A DNA stretch of 64,000 bases, taken from assembly GCF_018350175.1 (NCBI RefSeq), contig NC_058368.1, forward strand, positions 115,260,001-115,324,000, in the 5' to 3' direction. The notes beneath the pieces were generated by a model. The model saw nothing but the letters and a program-made list of their open reading frames with translations. It made no database searches and was not told the DNA's origin. Below, one piece after another: positions 13,950 through 25,879 of the stretch (position 1 is the first letter of the stretch; every line of letters starts with the position of its first letter). The translations under genes were made by a program, and so were the position numbers. Source of the stretch: Felis catus. Lineage: Eukaryota.

Positions 13950-14192
13950 GTTTTAGACCATGTATTTTCAATGAAGACAGTATCACCCCACTGCAAGGTG
14001 GGGGGGATTGATTCTTGGGTTAGAAAAATCTTAGATATTTTAAGTTTATGGTACTCCAAAGGGCCACAGTACATAAACGGATACATAGAGTATCGGTGGT
14101 ATTAAAATTTCACAGGGGGCGGCAGGGACGGGGGGACAAATGGAGAGGGGTGTCTCAAAAGGTGATAATGAACAAAAGGTTGACAATCACTT
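13950..14192. mobile_element. hAT-Charlie-type DNA transposon fragment
   Basis: Ends AAAAGGTTGACAATCACT, resembling the AAAAGGTTGAGAACCACTG terminus of Charlie-family MITEs. Confidence 0.45.
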
Positions 14193-14229
14193 CATTAGAT
14201 GTCTGAAGAGCTGACCCAGTTCCTTTAAG

Positions 14230-14340
14230 AACCTGACCATGCTGGCACCATGATCTCACAGGTCCAATCTCTAGAAATAAATGTTTGCTGTTTAAGCACC
14301 CAGTCTATGGTGTTCTGTTACAGCAGTCCGTAACTAAGAA
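14230..14340 (+). mobile_element. MLT1 3' terminal fragment
   Basis: AACCTGACCATGCTGGCACCATGATCTC...AATAAATGTTTGCTGTTTAAGCACCCAGTCTATGG...TAACTAAGA. Confidence 0.7.
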
Positions 14341-15389
14341 GCTTCTCCATGCCTAAAACACCAAAATCAAGGGCACTGTAAGCAGAACGATGACAGACTT
14401 AGCCAACCAACACAATCACACCATTCTCCATGTGCTGCCTGGTGGAACCCGAAGGAACTACAAGTTTGAGCTGAACATAATTCTTTTGCTCCTGGATTCT
14501 GTCTCCAAGGTGGAAAACAGCACAAAAATGAATGCCAGGTGTAAGCCCTCCCTAAGTCAGTAAAATTCTGGGAGATTCTTCACATGTGTCCTGAGCAGCT
14601 TCTATCTTTTACAAGGTTTTTATCTCAAACTCAATTACTGTTGATGCTAGGAATCAGGGATTACCCAAAGCCCACCTGAATGGCAAGGGGCTATTCTCCT
14701 CCTCCTCTACCCAGCAGTGAAGCCCTTGGTGAGAGAAAATGAAGAAAATGGTAGGATACTGCCCCTTTAGACCACATGTACTTAAAACAAGAAGCTCTAT
14801 GTTGTGAAAAACTAAGGCCTCCAGCTTAAGGCTAACTCAGAGAAGAATAAAGTATTCATCCTTGTTCAGAAAGAGAAAAGATTAGCCTCACAAGGACAGG
14901 TCTCCAAATTGACACCAAATCCAGGAGTTAGAGATGCCTGTGCTACAGAGCGTGGTCTAAGAGCCAGCTGAGGCCCCAGAGAAAAATCCCCAGGAACACA
15001 TGACCAAGGGGCTAGCATTGTAAGAATGGTCAGATTAGCTCTCCTGAAAAGAGCCTTACTCCAAGAGACTGGCAGACAGCCTCTGCAGCACAACTTGACT
15101 CACTTGGGAAAGGACAGAAAATGAATGAAAAAGAAGACAAGAAGTAGGATGAGGTCAGAGCATGAATCCACAAAGATAATGAACAGAAAACTGGAAGGCA
15201 TATACCTATTTGGAAAAAGGTACAACATGCCTTTAGAGACTCATTTTTCAAAAAATATTCTCATTAATAGCAAATCTTCAATCTTTGATGGCATAAATAT
15301 TTATTGTATTTCTAGGTCTTTAATGTGTTCCATTCATTTAATCACTCTTCCAAGTAAGTATCTGCATTTTTTTAAAGGATTTTACCTTT

Positions 15390-15620
15390 GGGGGCGCGTG
15401 GGTGGCGCAGTCGGTTAAGCGTCCGACTTCAGCCAGGTCACGATCTCGCGGTCCGTGAGTTCGAGCCCCGCGTCGGGCTCTGGGCTGATGGCTCAGAGCC
15501 TGGAGCCTGTTTCCGATTCTGTGTCTCCCTCACTCTCTGACCCTCCCCCGTTCATGCTCTGTCTCTCTCTGTCCCAAAAATAAATAAACGTTGAAAAAAA
15601 AATTTAAAAAAAAAAAAAAA
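15390..15620 (+). mobile_element. CAN-SINE, youngest feline type
   Basis: GGTGGCGCAGTCGGTTAAGCGTCCGACTTCAGCCAGGTCACGATCTCGCGG, CpGs intact; perfect 16-bp TSD AAAGGATTTTACCTTT. Confidence 0.97.
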
Positions 15621-15644
15621 AAAGGATTTTACCTTTAAGTACAG

Positions 15645-15728
15645 TAATCTCTACACACAACATGGGGCTTGAACTCACAGCCCCAAGATGAGTCGGATGC
15701 TCCACCAACTGAGCCAGCCAGGTGCTCC
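15645..15728 (-). mobile_element. Short old CAN-SINE
   Basis: GGGGCTTGAACTCACAGCCCC...CAACTGAGCCAGCCAGGTGCTCC. Confidence 0.8.
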
Positions 15729-15984
15729 AAGATTCCCATTTTTAGGCAGTGGAAAACTGAGCCTAAGAGGTGACTTGTCCAAGGTCATATGGCTAATAAG
15801 TGATAGACTCAGATTCAAAACTAATGTTCACCACACACCAAAAATGTATTATGTCCACTTCAAAAGAACTGTTTACTCATCTGAAGACAAGCTAGCTAAC
15901 AAGGTTGCTTAACCATACCATTTGGGGTTAAAAAAAAAAAAAAGTATAGTATTATGTATTAATGAAGTTGATCGCTAACATAGT

Positions 15985-16135
15985 TCAAAAATGTCTCTGA
16001 AGACTATTTCAGATGTGGATTTTCAAAACGGCTTTGGACAGCGACATCACTTAAGTGATATACATATACCACTCTAAAGGAAAACAACACTCAAGAAGTG
16101 CTAGCATGTTTGTTACAAAACCCATTTTGTTGCTT
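15985..16135 (+). mobile_element. MARNA-like mariner fossil fragment
   Basis: CTCTGAAGACTATTTC...TTCAAAACGGCTTTGGACAGC...AAAGGAAAACAACACTCA...ATGTTTGTTACAAAA loosely follows the MARNA 3' end as I recall it. Confidence 0.4.
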
Positions 16136-16821
16136 TTCAGTTTTGCTTAATTAGATTTTGTGTGTCAGTGAAACACACCAGGGCTCAAAGTTGTCCTCTG
16201 TAGAGAACTGAGTAATAAATAGCCTTCAAAGACATCAGGGAAGGCAAAGAAAGCAGGAATCCAAGAACAAGACAACTTTTCATTCTGGGTTACCACAGCT
16301 GTACTAATACATCCCCCATTCCCACCATCTGTAAAATGGGGGCAATAAGCCTTTTCTGTAGCCAATTTCATCATAACAACACATATATCAATTAGCATAT
16401 TAAATTCATTAAATAACCCAAAGAAAAGCCAAAATAAACCCGACGTGGCAACACCCTCTTAAAAACCTAAGGGCCATGTTCTCAACTGATCCATATTACA
16501 CAAACATCAAACCTAATATCCTCCTACCCCAGCTATCAAAATCCTATCCAATCCCCAAATGTGGCTATATTTTCATCAGAAAATAAAGTTTGGGTGCTGT
16601 GAGAGGTAAAAAGACACACCAATATATACCAAAACATCTTTCACACTGTCCAAACACTCTTAGTGTTTACAAACACATCACTTTCTTTTGTTAGCAAACC
16701 TGGAGGATTCGTTCCTCTGCCTACCCACTCTGGGTTAATCCTCCAAAGCAGTTTGTGGTTTTGTTTTATTGAGGTCAGAAAGCCAGATGGGTTTGAATCC
16801 AACTGACCACATACCGGTGGG

Positions 16822-16828
<7 letters not shown>

Positions 16829-16874
<46 letters not shown>
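16829..16874. repeat. (TG)23 microsatellite
   Basis: Uninterrupted TG run read directly. Confidence 0.97.
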
Positions 16875-16877
<3 letters not shown>

Positions 16878-17449
16878 CATCAACGGGTCCTCTAGCTTCT
16901 GTGAAAAGAAACCCCACACTGGCCTCTCTGGTGCCAGGCATTTCCTGACTCCTGTTCTTTCCCCGCCAGAACCCCATTTCAGGGGCTCAAATGTCAGTGG
17001 ATTCCCTCCAGTCTTCTGAAGCGGAGAATCTCAAGGCAAGGATTTCAGGACCACGTGAATCAGAAACGCCGGAGAAGCACTGAAGGTGCCCATGCTCCAC
17101 TTTAAATGAAATCAGTGACTAAAGCCCAGGGATGTACACAACTTCTTAGTTGATTTGAAAAACAACAAAGTCTGTAACCTGTACTTCAAAGGCAAGTCTT
17201 CAACCTACCAGGAAAAAGGAAAACACAAGATAGGAGTGGAAACACGACGCGAGTAGAGGGCAATTCCATATGGTGAATTCTTGGCCTCTGCCAAGAACCA
17301 GAATTTCAACAGAGGAGCAGTTAAATGCAGAAACTGAGGGTGGGAGAAAGGGAACAGATGCAGAATCAAGAGCTAATCTCGGAATCCCCACCGCCTCATC
17401 TGGCACTTAATAAGAATTACTGGAAACTCTCTGAGCACAAAAGGTAGGG

Positions 17450-18000
17450 AAGGCAACTCCTAGGCTGAGGCCAGGGCCCACTTGGACGTCCCGTTTGGGA
17501 GGGACGAGATGTGCGTGTGACGGGGACAGGGAGGGGATGTGTAGGGACCCCGCAACAGTGCTGGGAAGGCGCCGGGGTCGCTGGTGGGAGGAGGCTCGGA
17601 CAGCGCCCTGAGCCCCCCGCGCAGCTCCAGGGCCGGGTGGCCCTCACCGCCCCTACCTTCGGCTTCCCGCCCGGCAGCCGAGGGGCAGACACAACCCCCA
17701 CAATTCCAGGCGGCTGCAGCGGCAACCAGCTCCCCATGCGCAGACGCCGCGGCGACCTTCTGAATCTGTGAGCGCGCACTTATTACGTCACTTCCCACCT
17801 CACCCAATTGCTGCCTTCCAGGACGACGAGCGGCCGCCTCCCTTTCTTTCCGGCTCTGGTAGCTCTTAAGCCCCGCCTCTCTCTCCCCCGCTTCTGTTAA
17901 GTCCCGCCCACTAACGCACACGTGATGAGTCGGCTTTTCAGCTGTAACCCTCCGCCAGCGTGAGACATCTGAAGGAGATCGCCGCGGGGCTGATTTTGCT
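17450..18000 (-). promoter_or_regulatory. SIL1: CpG island / promoter of a minus-strand gene (probably SIL1)
   Basis: Only CpG-dense non-repeat stretch in the window. Contains GC boxes (CCCGCCC 17903-17909), E-box CACGTG 17919-17924, CCAAT 17804-17808, and GGAAGTGACGTAA on the minus strand at 17783-17795. Confidence 0.85.
17657..17780 (-). other. SIL1: Non-coding first exon (5' UTR) of probable SIL1; 5' start approximate
   Basis: Minus strand reads GCCGCCTGGAATTGTGGGGGTTGTGTCTGCCCCTCGGCTGCCGGGCGGGAAGCCGAAG|GTAGGG. This matches my recollection of the human SIL1 5' UTR (...GGAATTGTGGGAGTTGTGTCTGCCACTCGGCTGCCGGAGGCCGAAG, spliced to an exon carrying the ATG). Canonical donor GT at 17656-17655. 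Not database-verified. Confidence 0.7.
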
Positions 18001-18299
18001 TCCAAGCTAGACCAAAATGGGACTTCGAAGTTTCATTTCTGATTTTCCAATGCTGTAATTTCTTTCTAGCGGAAGAAATATCAGAAGGAAACGAGCAGGC
18101 ATGAGAAGTAGAAATAAATTAAGCTGTTGCCACTCAGTGTGGCATAGATAAATCCGAGACTCTTAAGCTGTAAATAGTCCTTTGAAAATTCGTGCAGAGA
18201 GGTCACCTATAAGTCGTCTACTTTATATGCTTATGTATTGTGTGAGTTAAAAACGACCAATTATTTTCAAAGTACCCTACAGCTCAAATGCTGCTAGAG

Positions 18300-18335
18300 C
18301 ACTGAATATCTTACATGTGCCAGGTGTTGCATATA

Positions 18336-18367
<32 letters not shown>

Positions 18368-18530
18368 CAAAACTTCCAGAGATCAGAACAGCCATCCGTT
18401 TTTTATAGGTGGGGAAGCTAAGGCTCAAAGAAGTTGAAGAACTTGTAGAAAGTCATATAGTCAGGAAGTGGTAGAACTGGGAATGTAAGCCAGATTTGAG
18501 TGCCTCCCAAAGTCCTGTTCTTTTTCCATA
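18300..18530 (-). mobile_element. MIR with internal (TA)n/T-run
   Basis: TTTTATAGGTGGGGAAGCTAAGGCTCAAAGAAGTTGAAGAACTTG; (TA)n at ~18331-18351. Confidence 0.7.
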
Positions 18531-20315
18531 AGACCTTCCCCTTGACCAGAGTAGTTTAACCTGCTTAGTAAAATGGAGCCCTCCCTCAGGCCCTGAGAGT
18601 CCAGACACAGTGATTCCTGGTCAATCATGAGTGGAGAAAAGTACAATCCAAACAAGCAGTGACTTCCCCCGAACAGGTATTCCCCAAGAGCAATCCACCT
18701 GTCTCAAGTTTGTGGGTTTTTTTCTGACATTTTTGAGGTATAATGTGGGCTTCTAGCAGTTAATAGACTTTCTTGATTATGTTTACTTCAAACAGATGGG
18801 AAATCGCACCCATGAGCAAACTTCGGTTTGCCTGGGGAAGGAGAACAAGCCTCTGGGCAATAGTGGAGTGGGTAGTGTCAGTTTTTAAGAAAGGTCTACA
18901 TAGGACACTTCCCTAGGACTGAGTGGGAAAGGACAGAGAACAGTTCACTTTTTCCATGGAACACCCAAGAGGCTAGCAAGAGTAGCCCAGCAATAATTCT
19001 AGCTTGTGTCACTTCCTAGTAGCATGAGGATAAATAATAAACGTTCAACAAATATCTATTACATCAGTGATAAATTACAGAATGAACATATAAAGTACAA
19101 TCAAGCCTGACACATGTTATAAAAAGATACTAATAAAGTGCTACCAGAGTATTATGCTTATAAATAGAATAAGCTCAAATCTTATAGAATGAATAAATAA
19201 ATGCATGGGCCAAGAAAACAGTCCAGCTGGACACAGAGCTGCCAACACTCATAGGAACCTGGCTGCCTTCTTGGGACAGCTCTAATCAGTTGATGTGTAG
19301 GGGAAAGAGAAATTCTGAATCTCCCCAGGCCTCAAAACGTTGAAAAGACCTGAGAACCTCCTTCCCAGGAGAATTAGCTCTAGATCTCAAGTCTTCTCAG
19401 CTGCTAAAATCAGTGTGCAGGACTGGCCCTAAACAGCCCCTACTTTCATGGCCCCCAAACAAGAAGAACCACTGTAAAGGTGGGAAGTTTGAGGTCCAGG
19501 GATGGTGGGATGGTGGGTGGTGGGATCACAGAAATCTCTTCTCTGTTTCCATGTATTACTCTTGGAATTGAGCAGAAATAAGTTTAAATTTTTCTTTTAA
19601 ATAAGTAAATGACAAACAAAAAGCCACCTCTTCTTGCAGCTCTATTGGAGAGCTTCCAAGATCCCTCTTCCACTCCCCCGAAGAGCAAAAGCTTGCAAGA
19701 GTACAGAGCCTGAGAAATTACCTTCAACCTGACCACCACCAATCAAAGGAAACCACAGCCCTGCTGTGGCATACCCAGAGCCCTGCTAGGCAAGAGATTT
19801 AGATGATCAATTAGCCTTCCTCAATAAGGAAAATGTGTTGAGTAGATCATTTCTCCTCTCATCAGCCTTTCTCAATTAAGCTCCCACAAACCTGATACCC
19901 AGTGTGTGAAAGCATTTCTGGCAGCAGGAATTGGCTCCCTGCTCCCTCTGGATTGGCCTAGAATACTGAGCATGGGGAGCAAGAGCCCCAGCTCTGTCTC
20001 ATCATCAAATTGTCCTGCCCTGCTTCCTCTTCCTCTCTGCACTCCTCCCCCTCAGCTTTCACCATACACTTTAAATCCTTCTGCCAGAAATCCTTCCTGG
20101 ACTCCAGACATTTTATTCACTTGAACATGAGTACCAAACTACATGCCAGCTGTTGGCTATGGGGATACAGCTGTGAAATAGTACCACTGGGTTCTTACCC
20201 TTAAAGAGCTCAGGGTTAGATGAGAGATACAGAAATGTAAACAGATCAAATCAACACAGTCCAACAAGGACTATAAAACAGAAATATTAACAGAACTATA
20301 AGAATTGGCCCATTT

Positions 20316-20495
20316 AGGGGCACCTGGGTGGCTCAGTCCATTGAGTGTCCCACTTTGGCTCAGGTCATGATCTCGCAATTCGTGCCGGAGCCTGGAGCCT
20401 GCTTCGGGTTCTGTGTCTCCCTCTCTCTCTGCCCCTCCCCTGCTCTCACTCTCTCTGTCTCTCAAAGGTAAATAAACATTAAAAAAAAAAAAAAA
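20316..20495 (+). mobile_element. CAN-SINE with internal deletion
   Basis: Head jumps from ...GCAATTCGTG to CCGGAGCCTGGAGCC; near-TSD AAGAAT(T/A)GGCCCA. Confidence 0.9.
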
Positions 20496-20663
20496 GAATA
20501 GGCCCACTCAGTTCACACGGCTGTCTTTGTTTCCAAATCCCTTATGTGAGTAAAACTCTTCCCCATTCGTCATCTTGTTTGCTCCAGACAGCTCTGTGAG
20601 ACAGATAGGGCAAATTTTATTCCCATTTTACAGATACAGCAAAACTCTTTGAACTCATCAGAT

Positions 20664-20873
20664 CTGTGCTGCCCAATATGATAGCCAACAGTCACATGCA
20701 GTATTTAGGTTTAAATTAATTAAAATGAAATAAAATTTAAAACTCAGTTCCTGAATCACACTAGCCTCTTTTCAAGTGCTCAAGAACCACATGTGAATAA
20801 TGTCAACTGTATCAGACAGCATGGATTATAGAACATTTCTGTCATCACAGAAAGCTCTTTTGGACAACAGCAC
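20664..20873 (+). mobile_element. MER3-like hAT-Charlie DNA transposon
   Basis: TGCTGCCCAATATGATAGCCAACAGTCACATG...TTTCAAGTGCTCAAGAACCACATGTG...AGAAAGCTCTTTTGGACAACAGCAC. Confidence 0.85.
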
Positions 20874-21660
20874 TTTAGAGGTCCTGAAAGTCAGTCAAGG
20901 GCAGGGATGTGAATGAAGCCAGAGCTCTCAGTGTTCCCAGGCAAGCTGAATAGAGCTGCCAACATGGAAGAAGCAAGAAGCTGAGGGGCACTGCCAAGGA
21001 GACCAAAAGGAACTGGCCATCTGAACCAGGGTCCTCCACTTCTGGGCTGCACAAAGATGGAGTGGGTGGCAGCAACCAAGGCAGAATGGAAACCAGACGA
21101 TCTCTACACTGAAACCTGGGCACATCTCAGCACATATAAGCAGCTTCCTTGGTGGAACTCCAGAATTCTAGGTATCTCTACCCCAAGAGACCTCAAGGAC
21201 CCCAGTGACTATACTTTGCTCCGTCTCTGGTTCATTTCTGAAGGCCTCATTAGCAGAAAAAGAAAAATAACAAAATGCCCCCTGCAAAAAGGATATGAGG
21301 CCTCTGTATGGCAGCCTCTCACCTGCTAGAAGGCCTTGGCAGCTCCGCGGTGCTCCAGCCAGAAAAGGTCAGTAAATTTAAGCTGCATTTGCTCTCAGCT
21401 AAACAGGCATCTCTGGTTCAAAGGAAAAGCACTCAAAAGAAGAGACCTAGAAGACAGGCAAGATTTCAAAGGGTTCTCACCAAAAAACTCCCACTGAGGC
21501 CGAAGCAAAACCCCAGAACCATGATTCTGTCTCCAGAAACACCTTCAAGCACACACCTACTCAGGTACACAGACATGTGACACAAATGCACTGCCTGCAG
21601 GCACCCACAAAGGCAGCAAACCACAGGAACACACATACACACAGGGCAAAGGTACAGCCC

Positions 21661-22160
21661 TGTTCCTGCTATCCACTGCTGCACAACAAAGCATCCCAAA
21701 ACAATAATCATTTATTTAACAGGTTGGGCAGGGCTTGGCAGGGAAGAATCAACCCTGCTCTGTGTACTCTGTGTTCAGTAAAGGCAAAATGCTCACTCAC
21801 ATGGCTGGAAGTTGATCCTGGCTGTCAGTTGGGACCTCAACTGGTGCTGTCAGCCAGGACACTGACAAGCGGCCTCTTTTAGTAGCTGCTTGGCCTCCTC
21901 ACAGTTTGGTAGCTGGTTTCCAACAATGAGCATCCCAAGAGAACAAAACATAAAAGTGCCTGGTACTTTAATGATCTACCTTCAGAAGGGACATAGCATC
22001 ATTTATGCCATATTCTGTTGGTTGAGAGACTCAGAGAGGTCTGTCCACATTTAAGGAGAAGGAAAGAGAGACCATCTATCTATGGGAAAAGTTGACATAT
22101 TGTAAAGAGAACACACGGGTTGGGATATATCGTTGCAGCCACCTATGGAAAAGAGCCACA
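21661..22160 (-). mobile_element. MLT1 (H/I-like) MaLR LTR
   Basis: TGCTGCACAACAAAGCATCCCAAAAC, GCTCACTCACATGGCTGG, CCTCCTCACAGTTTGGTAGCTGG motifs. Confidence 0.8.
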
Positions 22161-23347
22161 AGCCCCACACCCTGGCACAAACACCCACAGTCGTACACAC
22201 ATCTTACACATCCAAAGTCAAACACAGGACACAGACAAGTTTACACATGTACGTAAATTAAAACATTCTGCATTTATACACATGAACACTGTCACATAAT
22301 GGTATGGACTTTACCACAAATATATTTCTTACATAATTACACAATTAAATGTATCTAGTGAAACATGAAAACATACCATATAGAGTATATTGAAAATCAA
22401 TCAGAGACCATCAGGAAACCAGACTGGGAGCAGATGGAGTATAACCTAGGTGTGAGCTGTCCCTCACCCTGTTCCATTTCCCCACCAAGAACCCATGGCT
22501 TCAGGTATCATAGAGATGATAGAGGAGAACATTAATCCCCCACACCCCACAGCAGATAACCTGAAACCCCTTTTGAGCACTTCTTTCCTCCCAAGTCCCT
22601 GTCTCACCTCTGTCCCTCCATGGATCATTTTTTATCTTTTCTTTCCCTTGCATGGTACCCAGTCAGCCAGTTCCCATCTCCTTCTCCAGGATTTTCCCTC
22701 AAGCCTTCCTCACCCTTTGGTCATACAGAGCAGTTCAGCTTTGCCCAGATCCATGATAAAAGGCTGATGTAAAGAAAGACAGGCAGGGACAGGAGCTGGA
22801 ACCAAGGTGGTCTGAAGACAGGCTATACTGTCATCTCTCCTCATAGACCACCAGTCCTCTTGCTCTTGTCTGCATCACATCAAGATATCTGACTGGCCAA
22901 TACAGTTTAACTTTACATTCTAAATTTGGGCTGAGTTAAGTTGACTGGAATAGTTCACTTCAGTCTCTGCCCACCCCCACGCACACACCTGGAAGAGCCC
23001 TAAGAACAAGGCCACTGCAGGGCTGTTGTAGGGCAGCCTATGGGCCCTCTCCTGGTCCAATCTGTGCCGACCCCTACATAAGGGCCAGGGCTGCTTCTTC
23101 AAGCAGAGAGATGCAGAAGGGATGTTGTCTGCTACAGGATCCTGGGCATAACGGGTACAGTGACTGGCCATGCCTGCACATGCTAGCACAGTCCTGGGTC
23201 AGCAAGTCAATAAGGGGAGAACAACTCCTCTGACGCTGTCCCTAAAAAGGTTCCCAAGCACCAGAGCTTTGGGAGATCATGTGTGGACAATAAGGTTTGC
23301 AGTGTGGCATGACTCAGAACATTAGATCATCAAATCCAATACCACTG

Positions 23348-23552
23348 AGGCACCTGGGTGGCTCAGTAGGTTGAGCATCTGACTCTTGATTTTGGCTCAG
23401 GTCACGATCTTGCAGCTTTGTGGGTCCAAGCTCTGCATCAGGCCCTGCACTGGCAGCACAGAGCCTGCTTGGGATTCTCTCTCTCCCTCTCTGCCTCTCC
23501 CCTTCTCATGCTGCCTCTGTCTCTCTCAAAATAAATAAACTTAAAAAAAATT
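23348..23552 (+). mobile_element. CAN-SINE
   Basis: GGCACCTGGGTGGCTCAG head, (CT)n, AATAAA tail. Confidence 0.9.
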
Positions 23553-23589
23553 CAATATCACTGTCAGCAGAGAGCCTGGATTCAGGACT

Positions 23590-23812
23590 GTGGAGCAGTT
23601 TAAGAACCGGCTTCAGCATCGGACAGCTCAAATTTTGACTGCTCCTCACTAGCTAAGCAAGTTGCTTTAACCCTAACCTACCTTACAGTGGTGTTTCCTT
23701 ATCTGTAACATGGAGGTAATATTAGTATTTCCTTCAACAATTGTTATGGAGATTAAATGAGATAACATATGTAAAGCATTCAGCACAGTGCCTGACACAG
23801 CAAGTGCTGAAT
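23590..23812 (+). mobile_element. MIR
   Basis: TTTCCTTATCTGTAACATGGAGGTAATATTAGTA...GAGATTAAATGAGATAACATATGTAAAGCATTCAGCACAGTGCCTGACACAG. Confidence 0.8.
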
Positions 23813-24096
23813 TGATCTTCTTCTCTTTTCTCTATTCTTCTCCATGCCTGTTGGTTACACATACATGGTGATAGAAGCTGGGTAAAGTTAAATCACACAC
23901 AAATACACATGTGGATCCTGCTTTATGTCCCCACTTAGTATTCTAATTATTCCACTCCCAGACCTACACACACCTTATACATCATGCCCAGGCTATATAT
24001 GAGCTTTTGCGGAAAGGGTGGAAGAAGAGGTATTGCAGAAAGGGTGGAAGAAGAGGCAGACAAACCCCTCCTCTTGTCACAAATAAGACACACATG

Positions 24097-24315
24097 AGGG
24101 GTGTCTGGGTGGCTCAGTCAGTGAAGAGTCCAACTTCAGTTCAGGTCATGATCTTGCAGTCTGTGGGTTCGAGCCCCACATCGGGCTTTGTGCTGACAGC
24201 TCAGAGCCTGAAGCCTGCTTGGGATTCTGTGTCTCCCTCTCTCTCTGCCCTTCCCCCACTTGTGCTCTGTCTCTCTCAATCTCAAAAATAAATAAACATT
24301 TAAAAAAAATTTTAA
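24097..24315 (+). mobile_element. CAN-SINE
   Basis: Full head, body and tail; TSD ACAAATAAGACACAC. Confidence 0.93.
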
Positions 24316-25124
24316 ACAAATAAGACACACATGAAATGAAAGGTATGGGAGTATCTCTGGAACAGAGGGTCTTGGGAGATCTTCTGGAGAAGGTATACTG
24401 TATTATCTGAGCTGGATGAAGATGACAAGCTGAATGTGGTTTTTCTCAGCAGCATCTTTATTGCTCCATATGTTGGAGCACACAATGGGCCAGCTCAGGC
24501 GACAAGGGGCTGGCCACACACAACTAATCATTCTTATTTGTTTAGCTAGTGTGGCTTCCCATCTCCCCATGGCCTCTGCAGAGACACCCAGAGTGGGAGG
24601 CATTGGCACCAAGATCATTATGGAATTATGAGACCAATTGAACCATCATGAGAGCCACTCTAGGGAAATAAATCTGCCCTGGCTAGAAATGGATTGCATA
24701 GCCACAGGAACCCTATTCCATTCTCCTAATGTTTGCTCCTCAGTAACTGGCAGGGGTAAGAGATGGAGAGTGGAGAAAAGTTGAGGAGCCTTCCTCCAGG
24801 GCAGGGTATTTAGGGGTTCTGGCCTTGTCCACTGCCCACCCTGGGCAACAATGAGAATAATAACAACATTAAACAGAACTTTACAGTTTATAAAGCTTTC
24901 TCATGTACGCCTTTTAATTCTCACAGAAATCCTTTGACATACAGATATAACCTGAAGTTCAAATACTCTGAGAGATGTAGCACAGTGCTGGGACCATAAA
25001 TGCCCCTAAATGAAACATGTGGAATAGAATGATGCTAAGGGTCCAATTAGACCCTTTGTTCTAGCTCCAAATCTAATACTTTCATATCACAAATAGGTCA
25101 GATTCCGCCTATTACAGTATGTTC

Positions 25125-25342
25125 ATTTTTTTTAAAAAACGTTTATTTATTTTTGAGACAGAGAGAGACAGAGCATGAACGGGGGAGGGTCAGAGAGAGA
25201 GAGGGAGACACAGAATCGGAAACAGGCTCCAGGGTCTGAGCTGTCAGCACAGAGCCCGACGCGGGGCTTGAACTCACGAACCACGAGATCATGACCTGAG
25301 CCGAAGTCGGACGCTTAACCGACTGAGCCACCCAGGCGCCCC
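25125..25342 (-). mobile_element. CAN-SINE (young)
   Basis: Reverse full element ending CACCCAGGCGCCCC; TSD TACAGTATGTTCATT. Confidence 0.95.
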
Positions 25343-25879
25343 TACAGTATGTTCATTAGTTAACAAATTTATTGCGTTCATGTGATAGGTGCTATGCTAA
25401 GACCTAGAGATTTAACGATAAGTGAGCAGACTTAGTCTGGAAGTAGATTAAAGTGGTCTCAAATTCTTTGCACTCCCATCATCCCTTTGAATCTAGGCTG
25501 GCTCCCTTTGACTCGAGATTGCTCTGACCAATAAAGTACAGAAGTGATGCTATTCAGTTTTAAGCCTACTCTGAAAGCTTCCACTTTGGTCTCTTAGAGC
25601 CCTGAGCAGTTCTGCCATAAGTCCAACCACCCTGAAACAGAAACAGCATGGATAGGGAGAGGGGCTCAGCTAAGCCCTGACTTCCAGCCACCCAGGGAAG
25701 ATACCAGACATTTGAGTGAAGCCTTCTTGGACCTTTCAGACCAGACCAGCATCCAGTCAAGTGTCACTGAGAGGTCCCGGTCACCATCACATAGAGCAGA
25801 AGAATCATCTAACCAAACCATTCCAGAATTCCTGGCATGTAATATCATGAGCTATAACAAACTGACTGTTGTTTTAATC

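Larger units (their letters stand above)
1..17656 (-). other. SIL1: Intron 1 (partial) of probable SIL1
   Basis: Lies downstream of the exon-1 donor on the minus strand. No recognisable coding exon in 17 kb, consistent with a long first intron. Confidence 0.65.

Noticed and set aside
16641..17019. HT/CV-repeat ORFs
   Set aside because: Translations of the (TG)n microsatellite.
17417..18005. 120-181 aa ORFs over the CpG island
   Set aside because: GC-rich stop-poor frames that cross the splice donor and promoter; no recognisable protein.
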